Source of the DNA: Eubacteriales bacterium
Lineage (GTDB): Bacteria; Bacillota; Clostridia; Oscillospirales; CAG-272
Reading direction: 5' to 3'
DNA length: 64,000 nucleotides
Assembly (NCBI GenBank): GCA_045128735.1
Contig: JBGVRT010000120.1
Location: 48,883 to 112,882, forward strand
The first letter of the stretch is position 1. Each line of letters starts with the position of its first letter. The notes below the pieces were generated by a model. That model ran no database searches and was not told the DNA's origin. It saw only the letters and a list, made by a program, of their open reading frames with translations. This document shows, in pieces, positions 49,098-56,616 of this stretch. The position numbers and the translations under genes were made by a program.

Positions 49098-50312
49098 ATG
49101 AACTCAAAAGCAATAGGCGCTACCATAGCGGCGTACAGAAAGAAAACAGGGTGCACCCAGGCAGAGCTTGCGGAAAAGCTTAACATAAGTAATAAGACTG
49201 TAAGCAAGTGGGAAAACGGTCAGGGCTACCCTGACATTGTACATCTTCCTTTACTTGCAAAGTGTCTCGGTGTAAGTGTTGACGACCTTCTTTCGGATAA
49301 AAAAAGCGGAATCGTCGTGGCGGGAAATATTATACTTGACGTGGTAAAGACCATAGATAAATATCCCGAGCAGGGAATGCTCGGTTACGTGTCCTCGTCC
49401 ACAAAGGCAATCGGAGGATGCGCTCCAAATACCGCAACAGACCTCGCGGTTATCGACAGCACAATTCCCGTGTCGGTTATCGGTAAAATAGGAGACGACG
49501 AATACGGACGATTTCTGCTTGAAAAGCTCCGCGCAAAGGGCGTAGACGTTTCCGAGGTAAAGGTTTCCAAAACAAGCAACACAAGCTTTACCGACGTAAT
49601 GAGTCTTGCCACGGGTGAGCGTACCTTCTTCAACTATAAGGGCGCAAACGCCGAATTTTCTCCCGAGGATATAGATCTGGCATCGCTCCGCTGCAAGATA
49701 CTTCACATAGGCTACATACTTCTGCTTGATATGTTTGACCGCGAGGATAAGGAATACGGCACGGTAATGGCAAGATTCTTAAGCGAGGTGCGCGCACTCG
49801 GTATAAAAACCTCGGTGGACGTTGTAAGCAGTAGTAACGCTGAAGAATATAAGGCTAAAATCTTGCCCGCGTTGCCTTATACCGACTACCTTATAATAAA
49901 CGAGACCGAAGTGTGCACCACTTGGGGGCTTGACCCAAGACACGCAGACGGAAGCCTTAACGTTGAAGCTATTAAGCTTGCTATGGAGAAAACTATGGCG
50001 GCAGGCGTGGGTGAAAAGGTAATAATCCACGCAAAAGAGGGCGGCTTCTGCCTCGATAAGAACGGAAGCTTTACAAAGATAGGCTCGCTGAAAATCCCCG
50101 CAGAGCTTATTGCGGGAAGCGTTGGCGCAGGCGACGCGTTCTGCGCGGGCTGTTTGTACGGTATTTATAACGGATATTCTGATTCCGAGATACTTGAGTT
50201 CGGTTCAGCTTCGGCGGCGTGCAGTCTGTTTTCGGATAACTCGGTTGACGGAATGAAAAATAAAAAGGAAATTCGTAAGCTTTCCGAAAGCTACGAGAGA
50301 AGGGAGATATAA
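49098..50312 (+). CDS. XRE-type HTH domain fused to a PfkB-family carbohydrate kinase
   Basis: The N-terminus TQAELAEKLNISNKTVSKWENGQGYPDI is an HTH_3 signature. The rest is ribokinase-like, with GSVGAGDAFCAG near the C-terminus. RBS GCAAGGAGG. Confidence 0.85.
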   Translation: MNSKAIGATIAAYRKKTGCTQAELAEKLNISNKTVSKWENGQGYPDIVHLPLLAKCLGVSVDDLLSDKKSGIVVAGNIILDVVKTIDKYPEQGMLGYVSSSTKAIGGCAPNTATDLAVIDSTIPVSVIGKIGDDEYGRFLLEKLRAKGVDVSEVKVSKTSNTSFTDVMSLATGERTFFNYKGANAEFSPEDIDLASLRCKILHIGYILLLDMFDREDKEYGTVMARFLSEVRALGIKTSVDVVSSSNAEEYKAKILPALPYTDYLIINETEVCTTWGLDPRHADGSLNVEAIKLAMEKTMAAGVGEKVIIHAKEGGFCLDKNGSFTKIGSLKIPAELIAGSVGAGDAFCAGCLYGIYNGYSDSEILEFGSASAACSLFSDNSVDGMKNKKEIRKLSESYERREI

Positions 50313-50313
50313 A

Positions 50314-51150
50314 ATGCTTGTAAATCTTAATGACGTTCTGCCAAAAGCGCAGAAGGAACACTATGCAGTCGGTCTTTTCAACACCACCGACACAGATATG
50401 CTTGAGGGCGTTATCGCCGCCGCAGAGGAAATGTGCGCACCCGTAATTATAGGAACTGCCGAGGTTCTTCTCCCTTACGGAGAGCTTAAGCTTATTGCTC
50501 CCTCTATAATTGAGGCGGCAAAGCGCGCAACTGTTCCTGTAGTCGTTCACTACGACCACGGACTTACCTTTGACAGATGCATAGAGGCGCTCAAGCTGGG
50601 ATTTTCCAGTATTATGTTCGACGGCTCTGCAAACGACGAGGCGGAAAACCTCAAGCAGACCGCTGAAATGGTAAAAATAGCTCACTCAATGGGCGTAAGC
50701 GTTGAGGGCGAGATTGGTCACGTGGGTCAGGCGGCATCGGGCGACGGTAACGACAGCGATATGTATACCACCCCCGAGGAAGCTGTTAATTTTGTAAATG
50801 CAACGGGAGTTGACGCGCTTGCTATCGCAATAGGAACAGCTCACGGCGCATATAAGACCAAGCCCAAGCTTGACATCGGCAGACTTTCGGAGATTCGCGC
50901 AGCTCTTGACACGCCTCTCGTGCTTCACGGCGGCTCGGGTCTTTCGGACGACGATTTCAGAAATACAGTTAAAAACGGTATCGCCAAGGTTAATATTTTC
51001 ACCGACCTCTGCAACGCAGGCGAAAAGGCTATGCGTCAAGGACTTGACGAGGGTAAGGCATACCTTGATATCAGAAATATGAAGGTTGAAGAAATCAAAA
51101 ACGCCGTAAAGCGTAAAATAGAGCTTTTCGGCTGTGCGGGAAAGGCGTAA
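50314..51150 (+). CDS. class II fructose/tagatose-bisphosphate-aldolase-family protein
   Basis: 278 aa, VVVHYDHG, VEGEIGHVG, LVLHGGSG metal and phosphate-binding blocks. Confidence 0.88.
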   Translation: MLVNLNDVLPKAQKEHYAVGLFNTTDTDMLEGVIAAAEEMCAPVIIGTAEVLLPYGELKLIAPSIIEAAKRATVPVVVHYDHGLTFDRCIEALKLGFSSIMFDGSANDEAENLKQTAEMVKIAHSMGVSVEGEIGHVGQAASGDGNDSDMYTTPEEAVNFVNATGVDALAIAIGTAHGAYKTKPKLDIGRLSEIRAALDTPLVLHGGSGLSDDDFRNTVKNGIAKVNIFTDLCNAGEKAMRQGLDEGKAYLDIRNMKVEEIKNAVKRKIELFGCAGKA

Positions 51151-51154
51151 GATT

Positions 51155-51844
51155 ATGAAAAGAAGCGAAATAAATAAAGCACTTAAAGAACTGGAAGCTA
51201 TGTGCGAGAAATACTCCTGCTATCTTCCTCCTTTTTGCCATTTTACACCCGAGGAGTGGGCAGAGAAGGGTCACGAATACGATGAGGTAAGAGACTGTAT
51301 GCTCGGTTGGGATATCACCGACTTCGGCTACGGCGAATTCGATAAAAAGGGATTCTCGCTTATTACCATCCGCAACGGAAGCCAGAAGGATACCGAGAAA
51401 TATCCCAAGGTATACGCCGAAAAATTGCTTTACCTTAAGGAGGGACAGTATTCTCTCAATCATTTCCATTGGTATAAGACAGAGGACATAATCAACCGCG
51501 GCGGCGGAAATATTCTCATCAGAGTTTATAATTCGCTTCCTAACGAAGAAGTGGATTATGAGTCGGACGTCACAGTTTACACCGACGGACGTTCCTTTAC
51601 CGTTCCCGCAGGAACGCAGGTAAGGCTTACCCCCGGCGAAAGCATTTACGTTTACCGTGGACTCTACCACGATTTTGAGGTCGAGCCGGGTACGGGCGCG
51701 GTGCTTCTCGGTGAGGTCAGCCAGTGCAACGATGATAATAACGATAACCGCTTTGCGGAGCAGAACGCTATCCGATTCTCCGAGATTGAGGAGGATGAAC
51801 CGCCCTACAGACTTCTCTGTAACGAGTATCCCGCGGCAAAATAA
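51155..51844 (+). CDS. D-lyxose/D-mannose-family cupin sugar isomerase
   Basis: HFHWYKTEDIINRGGG cupin block and a ~229-aa length. Start at ATG 51155; the ORF-track GTG 51134 overlaps the aldolase gene. Confidence 0.8.
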   Translation: MKRSEINKALKELEAMCEKYSCYLPPFCHFTPEEWAEKGHEYDEVRDCMLGWDITDFGYGEFDKKGFSLITIRNGSQKDTEKYPKVYAEKLLYLKEGQYSLNHFHWYKTEDIINRGGGNILIRVYNSLPNEEVDYESDVTVYTDGRSFTVPAGTQVRLTPGESIYVYRGLYHDFEVEPGTGAVLLGEVSQCNDDNNDNRFAEQNAIRFSEIEEDEPPYRLLCNEYPAAK

Positions 51845-51854
51845 AACATTAAAA

Positions 51855-51888
51855 AAGGAGCTGACTCGCTAAGAATTCAGCTCCTTTT
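51855..51888 (+). terminator. terminator after the isomerase gene
   Basis: AAGGAGCTGA-N12-TCAGCTCCTT followed by TT. Confidence 0.7.
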
Positions 51889-51950
51889 GCACTCCCGTGA
51901 TTTGTGAGAACGTGGTGCATCAAATCCCAATTTACCTTTGCTCAAAGGGT
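51889..51950. repeat. degenerate end-fragment of the palindromic repeat family
   Basis: ...GAGAACGTGGTGCATCAAATCCCAATTT compared with the consensus ...AGAACGGGGGCTTCCTCGCAAACACCAATTT, followed by the small palindrome CCTTTGCTCAAAGG. Confidence 0.4.
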
Positions 51951-51951
51951 T

Positions 51952-52785
51952 TTAACCGTCAAAATTCTGCAATCTGTCTCTGCCTGCCTGACTTTGACGT
52001 CTGTATTCGGTGGGAGTCATACCAAACTTTTTATGAAAGAATTTTGAGAAATAAAGCCTGTCCTTGAATCCCGATGCCTTTGCGGTCTCGGATATGGAAA
52101 AGCTTGTCTCGCGCAAGAGTGTTTGCGCTTTTTTTATGCGGAAATTGGTTATCGCCTCGCGTATGGATAAGCCCGTATCCTTTTTGAAGCTTCGTTCAAG
52201 ATGGCTTCGGTCAACGTGATATTTTTTAGCTACGTCAGCAACCTTAACCTCCTCGGTATAGTGCGCCGCAATATAGGAAAGTATGTCTGCCGAACGCGCC
52301 GCTTTCAGCTCGGTCTCCTTTTCGCAACTTTCTGCTATTATCGAGATAAGCTCGCAAAGCAGGCTTTTTAAGCGCATTACCTGAGAGGGGGAGGGGCTTT
52401 TTGTCGTTCCGTATATCATATTGAGTATTTCCTCTGCGCGCGCTGTGTCGGCGCATTTTACTATAGGAGATTGAGGGGTTATGCCAAGCCCCTTGAGGAA
52501 AATGTCGAGGTCAGCACTTCCCACGCCCACCCATTTTATAGACCAAGTGCCGTGGGCGCGGTAGTGGTATTCGGTGTCGGGAAACATAACTATAAGGTCA
52601 CCCGCGCCAAAGGAGAGAGTTCTGCCATCCATAAAAAGCGACGCCTCGCCCTCGCGCACAAGGGTTATTATAAAATGAGTACGCTTGACAGGACCGTATT
52701 CGTGGTTGAAGGTCTTTTCGCGCTCGCCCCCAAAATAAAGGTCAACGTTGCATCCGTATTGCTGTGAAAATACTGTTTCTGTCAT
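51952..52785 (-). CDS. AraC-family transcriptional regulator (cupin sensor plus HTH_18)
   Basis: C-terminal ...AKKYHVDRSHLERSFKK...ISETAKASGFKDRLYFSKFFHKKFGMTPTEYR. Start at ATG 52785 behind AGAGGTGA. Confidence 0.88.
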   Translation of the reverse strand: MTETVFSQQYGCNVDLYFGGEREKTFNHEYGPVKRTHFIITLVREGEASLFMDGRTLSFGAGDLIVMFPDTEYHYRAHGTWSIKWVGVGSADLDIFLKGLGITPQSPIVKCADTARAEEILNMIYGTTKSPSPSQVMRLKSLLCELISIIAESCEKETELKAARSADILSYIAAHYTEEVKVADVAKKYHVDRSHLERSFKKDTGLSIREAITNFRIKKAQTLLRETSFSISETAKASGFKDRLYFSKFFHKKFGMTPTEYRRQSQAGRDRLQNFDG

Positions 52786-52802
52786 AATATCACCTCTCTG
52801 TA

Positions 52803-52831
52803 ATAGTACCACAAAAAGTCACAAATGTCAA
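52803..52831 (-). promoter_or_regulatory. promoter of the AraC-family gene
   Basis: Minus-strand TTGACA (52831-52826), 17-nt spacer, TGgTACTAT (-10 at 52808-52803). The spacer contains AAAAAGTCACA (52813-52823, plus strand). Confidence 0.55.
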
Positions 52832-52843
52832 TATATATGCTTC

Positions 52844-52881
52844 AAAAAGCTATACACAATAAAAGACATATGTGCTATAAT
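52844..52881 (+). promoter_or_regulatory. promoter of the dehydratase operon with an abutting AAAAAGCTAT motif
   Basis: AAAAAGCTAT (52844-52853), whose last T is the first base of -35 TACACA (52853-52858); 17-nt spacer; TGcTATAAT (-10 at 52876-52881). Confidence 0.55.
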
Positions 52882-52914
52882 TGAATTGTAATCAATAAAA
52901 AGGGAGAAATTTTT

Positions 52915-54618
52915 ATGGAACATAATTACTCACCCAAATGGAAAAAGAGAGGCGACCGCACAGGACTTATCCGCAACGCGCTTCTTAAATCTATGGGCTA
53001 TACCGACCAGGATATCGAAAAGCCCATCATAGGAATTATAAACACCTGGGCAGAGACCAACCCCGGACATCTGCACTTCAGACAGCTTTCCGAGGCGGTA
53101 AAGCGCGGAGTTTGGGCGGCAGGCGGTTTTCCCCTTGAGGTAAACACCCTTTCTATATGCGAGGTCTTTTTTGACATCTCAAGCCTTGTTTACAGAAATC
53201 TGCTTTCAATAACCACCGAGGAGCTTATCGAGCGTCATCCCTTTGACGGCGTGGTGCTTATCGGCGGATGTGATAAAAACGTGCCTGCTCAGCTTATGGC
53301 GGCTGTGTCGGCAAATAAGCCTACCATTTATCTTCCGGGCGGCGCAATGCTCCCGGGTAACTACAAGGGGCAGACGCTTGTTTGCGGTACGGATAGCTTC
53401 TATCTTTATAACCGCTACACCTCGGGCGAAATAAGCCTTGAGGAGATGACCAAGCACGAGGGCTGTCTCTACGGAAGTGCGGGCGCGTGCCCAATTATGG
53501 GTACGGCAAACACCTGCCAGACGGTTACCGAGGCACTTGGAATCGCGCTTCCTCACTCGGCGTCCTGCCTTGGCGTGTCGGCTGAAAAAATGAGAATAAG
53601 TGAAATGACGGGTAGACAGATAGTTGAGCTTGTACATAAGGATATCAGGTGCAACGATATCATTAACCGCAAGTCGATAGAAAATGCCATTCGCGTGCTT
53701 ATGGCTACGGGCGGCTCTACAAATCTTATTATTCACCTTGTTGCTATTGCCGCAAGAGCGGGAATTAAGCTTGACCTTATGGACTTCGAAAAGATAAGCC
53801 GCGAGACTCCCGTGCTTGTAAACGTAAAGCCTCACGGAACGGGTAACGTGGGCGTAAGCTTCCACGATGCGGGCGGAGTTGCCTCGCTTATGAAGGAGCT
53901 TGAGCCTATGCTCCATACCGAGTGCCTTACCGTGAGCGGTCTTACCGTTGGCGAAAATCTTAAGGACGTTGATATGCCTTACGATACCGATATAATCAGA
54001 CCTCTTGACAATCCTATCGAGGATAAGGGCGGTATTGCCGTGCTTTACGGAAATCTTGCCCCCAAAGGCGCGGTTATCAAGCGCAGTGCGGCAAGCAAGC
54101 ACCTGCTTAACCACCGCGGACCCGCCAAGGTGTTTGAGAGCCTTGAGGAATGTCAGAAATATCTGCTTGATGAAAATTCCGAGGTTACCGCCGACACAGT
54201 GGTAGTGCTTCGCGGCTTCGGTCCTTGCGGTGCACCGGGTATGCCCGAAAACGGTAACTCGATGCCTCTCCCTCCCAAGCTTAAAAAGCAGGGAATCAAC
54301 GACTTTGTAAGAATTACCGACGCAAGAATGTCGGGCGGTTGCTTTGGAACACAGATCCTTCACGTTGCTCCCGAAAGCGCGGTGGGCGGTCCTCTTGCGG
54401 CAGTACGTGACGGCGATATTATTCACCTTGACGTAGACAATAATCTTATAGAGGTGGAGCTTACAGATGAGGAAATAGCCGAAAGACTCAAGAACTTTAA
54501 GCCTAAGCTTCACCCCGATATCAAGCGCGGATTCGTTCGAAACTTTATTGACAACGTAACCCAAGCCGACGAGGGCTGTGATATGAAATATATGCAATAC
54601 GTTCCCGATGAGGAGTAA
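52915..54618 (+). CDS. IlvD/Edd-family dehydratase (sugar-acid dehydratase candidate)
   Basis: 567 aa, IGGCDKNVPAQLMA, ATGGSTNLIIHL, RITDARMSGG. Confidence 0.88.
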   Translation: MEHNYSPKWKKRGDRTGLIRNALLKSMGYTDQDIEKPIIGIINTWAETNPGHLHFRQLSEAVKRGVWAAGGFPLEVNTLSICEVFFDISSLVYRNLLSITTEELIERHPFDGVVLIGGCDKNVPAQLMAAVSANKPTIYLPGGAMLPGNYKGQTLVCGTDSFYLYNRYTSGEISLEEMTKHEGCLYGSAGACPIMGTANTCQTVTEALGIALPHSASCLGVSAEKMRISEMTGRQIVELVHKDIRCNDIINRKSIENAIRVLMATGGSTNLIIHLVAIAARAGIKLDLMDFEKISRETPVLVNVKPHGTGNVGVSFHDAGGVASLMKELEPMLHTECLTVSGLTVGENLKDVDMPYDTDIIRPLDNPIEDKGGIAVLYGNLAPKGAVIKRSAASKHLLNHRGPAKVFESLEECQKYLLDENSEVTADTVVVLRGFGPCGAPGMPENGNSMPLPPKLKKQGINDFVRITDARMSGGCFGTQILHVAPESAVGGPLAAVRDGDIIHLDVDNNLIEVELTDEEIAERLKNFKPKLHPDIKRGFVRNFIDNVTQADEGCDMKYMQYVPDEE

Positions 54619-54630
54619 AGGAGAAAGAAC

Positions 54631-55539
54631 ATGAAAGAAATTAAAGGAATTTGCCCCATAATCGCCACTCCTTTCAAGGAAAACGGCGACGTAGACTATA
54701 AAGGACTTGAAAAGCTTGTGGGCGCGCTTATCGACGGCGGCTGCCACGCGGTAACTCTTTTCGGAATCGCGGGCGAATACTATAAGCTTACCGACGAAGA
54801 AAGAATCAAAATGGCTGAAATAACCATTGACGTATGTAAGAAAAAGGGCGGCACGTCTATTCTTTCTGTTACCGACCACTCAACCGAAATTGCCGCAAAA
54901 CGCGCAAAGCAGTTTGAGGATATGGGTGCGGACTGCCTTATGATGCTTCCGCCTTTCTTCCTTAAGCCGGGCGCCGGCTGGCTTTATGAGCATATGAAGG
55001 CTATCGGTAAGGCGGTAAGTATTCCCGTAATGGCACAGTACGCTCCCGAGCAGACAGGCGTTGCAATAGCTCCCGATATGTTCAAAAAGCTTGGTGCTGA
55101 GTGCCCCAATATTATCTACTACAAAATCGAATGCAAGCCCGCAGGTCCTTACATCACAAATCTTATCAAAATGACAAGCTCCGAGACAACAAAGATATTC
55201 GTTGGTAACGCAGGCTTCCAGCTTATTGAGGCTATGGACAGAGGCGCAATAGGCGCAATGCCGGGTTGCTCGATGTACGACGTCTACCTTGATATCTATA
55301 ATCACTACGTAAACGGCGACCGAGAGGGCGCAATAGAGCTTCACAATAAGATTCTTCCTATGCTCAACCATATCAGACAGAACGTAGAGCAGATAATCAG
55401 CTTTGAAAAGCGCATACTTAAAAAGAGAGGAATAATCGAGTCCGACTACTGCCGTAAGCCCTCTTACGATACCGACGAGTATTTTGATAAGCTCTTTGAG
55501 GAGTTCTACGCGGAGATGGCGGCTCGCTATAATTGGTAA
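54631..55539 (+). CDS. DapA/NAL (dihydrodipicolinate synthase)-family lyase, 2-keto-3-deoxy-acid aldolase candidate
   Basis: 302 aa, PIIATPFKENGDVDYKGLEKLV...GIAGEYYKLTDEER pattern of class I DHDPS-like aldolases. Confidence 0.8.
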   Translation: MKEIKGICPIIATPFKENGDVDYKGLEKLVGALIDGGCHAVTLFGIAGEYYKLTDEERIKMAEITIDVCKKKGGTSILSVTDHSTEIAAKRAKQFEDMGADCLMMLPPFFLKPGAGWLYEHMKAIGKAVSIPVMAQYAPEQTGVAIAPDMFKKLGAECPNIIYYKIECKPAGPYITNLIKMTSSETTKIFVGNAGFQLIEAMDRGAIGAMPGCSMYDVYLDIYNHYVNGDREGAIELHNKILPMLNHIRQNVEQIISFEKRILKKRGIIESDYCRKPSYDTDEYFDKLFEEFYAEMAARYNW

Positions 55540-55541
55540 TT

Positions 55542-56327
55542 ATGGAAAATACTAATAAAACCGCAATAGTAACAGGAGCGGGAACGGGTATAGGCAAGGT
55601 TATAGCCTATGAGCTTGCAAAGGCAGGATACGACGTTGCCGTTCACTGTAACGGAAGCACCGAGGGCGCAAATGAGGTGGCTGAAAAGATACGCTCCGAT
55701 TTTGGCAGAAAAGCTGTTGTCATCAGGTCTAACCTTGCAATGTTTTCGGGAGTTGACGCGCTGTTTGATGAATTTCTCAAGCACTTCGATAGACTTGACC
55801 TTTTCGTCAATAACGCAGGCGTTACAAAGAAATCCAAGTTCCTTGAAACTGAGGAAGAAATGTTTGACCTTATAGTTAACGTCGATTATAAGGGCGCGTA
55901 TTTCTGTATGCAGAGGGCGGCGCGTATTATGAAGGAAAAGGGAATAGAAGGCTCTATTATCCTTATTTCCTCTAATAATGCCAAGGCACATTTTGCCGAC
56001 GTGTCGGTCTACGGCTCTGTAAAAGCGGCTATCCAAAAGGCGGCAGAGCATATGGCTATCGAGCTTGCACAGTATAAAATACGTGTAAATACCGTTGCTC
56101 CCGGCTGGACAGAAACCGGCGCATCCCGACTTGACGATAAGGAGAGCACCTATTATAAAGTGCCCCTTAAGCGCTGGGCGCAGTGCGATGAAATCGCCGC
56201 GGCAATACTCTATCTTTCGAGCGATATGGCAAAGTCCATAACGGGAACTACTCTCGTTATCGACGGTGGCGCGCTCCTTGTTTCCGATAAGGGCGAGCGA
56301 TACGGATATTACAATCCCAAAAACTGA
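55542..56327 (+). CDS. SDR-family oxidoreductase
   Basis: TGAGTGIGK and catalytic YGSVKAA. Start at ATG 55542; the ORF-track TTG 55533 overlaps the previous stop. Confidence 0.82.
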   Translation: MENTNKTAIVTGAGTGIGKVIAYELAKAGYDVAVHCNGSTEGANEVAEKIRSDFGRKAVVIRSNLAMFSGVDALFDEFLKHFDRLDLFVNNAGVTKKSKFLETEEEMFDLIVNVDYKGAYFCMQRAARIMKEKGIEGSIILISSNNAKAHFADVSVYGSVKAAIQKAAEHMAIELAQYKIRVNTVAPGWTETGASRLDDKESTYYKVPLKRWAQCDEIAAAILYLSSDMAKSITGTTLVIDGGALLVSDKGERYGYYNPKN

Positions 56328-56332
56328 ATTAA

Positions 56333-56370
56333 GGGGGCTGTCTCTCTTGAGATAGCCCCTCTCTTTGTTC
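56333..56370 (+). terminator. terminator after the SDR gene
   Basis: GGGGGCTGTCTC-tctt-GAGATAGCCCCT (one G-U pair) followed by CTCTTTGTT. Confidence 0.6.
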
Positions 56371-56373
56371 GGT

Positions 56374-56475
56374 AAATTGGTGTTTAGCGCACTGTGTTCG
56401 CACAAACCGCCTCCTTTGCCCCCCTTTGACAAGGGGGGGGCAAAAGAACGGGGGCTTCCTCGCAAACACCAATTT
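56374..56475. repeat. intact 102-bp palindromic intergenic repeat (MITE/REP-like)
   Basis: 12-bp perfect terminal inverted repeats AAATTGGTGTTT (56374-56385) and AAACACCAATTT (56464-56475). Central G/C hairpin TTTGCCCCCCTT-tgac-AAGGGGGGGGCAAA. Confidence 0.8.
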
Positions 56476-56518
56476 GTTGAAACAGTCTGACGCTTAATAA
56501 GGAAAGCACCTTAATTTC

Positions 56519-56557
56519 GTAAAAAAAGTCATAAACTCGGTAAAAAAAGTCATTGAC
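56519..56557 (+). promoter_or_regulatory. tandem direct repeats GTAAAAAAAGTCAT with 21-bp period
   Basis: DR1 is 56519-56536 and DR2 is 56540-57 (56540-56557). DR2 runs into the -35 TTGACT. Confidence 0.65.
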
Positions 56558-56581
56558 TTTCGTTTTGCCGTATGGTAGAAT
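56553..56581 (+). promoter_or_regulatory. promoter of the GH-like gene
   Basis: TTGACT (56553-56558), 17-nt spacer, TGgTAGAAT (-10 at 56576-56581). Confidence 0.6.
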
Positions 56582-56616
56582 GAAAACAACAAAATACTAT
56601 TTGGGAGGATGCAATA

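Noticed and set aside
53206-54879. 557-aa ORF antisense to the IlvD/Edd-family gene. Similar long antisense ORFs occur at 61681-63012 (trpB), 59392-60495 (araB), 43836-44894 (Gfo), 19853-21016 (recD2/comFC), 9946-10929 (rpoC) and 55527-56465.
   Set aside because: Each lies opposite a confidently identified gene and has a biased, low-complexity composition with no start signals. I treat them as mirror-frame artefacts.
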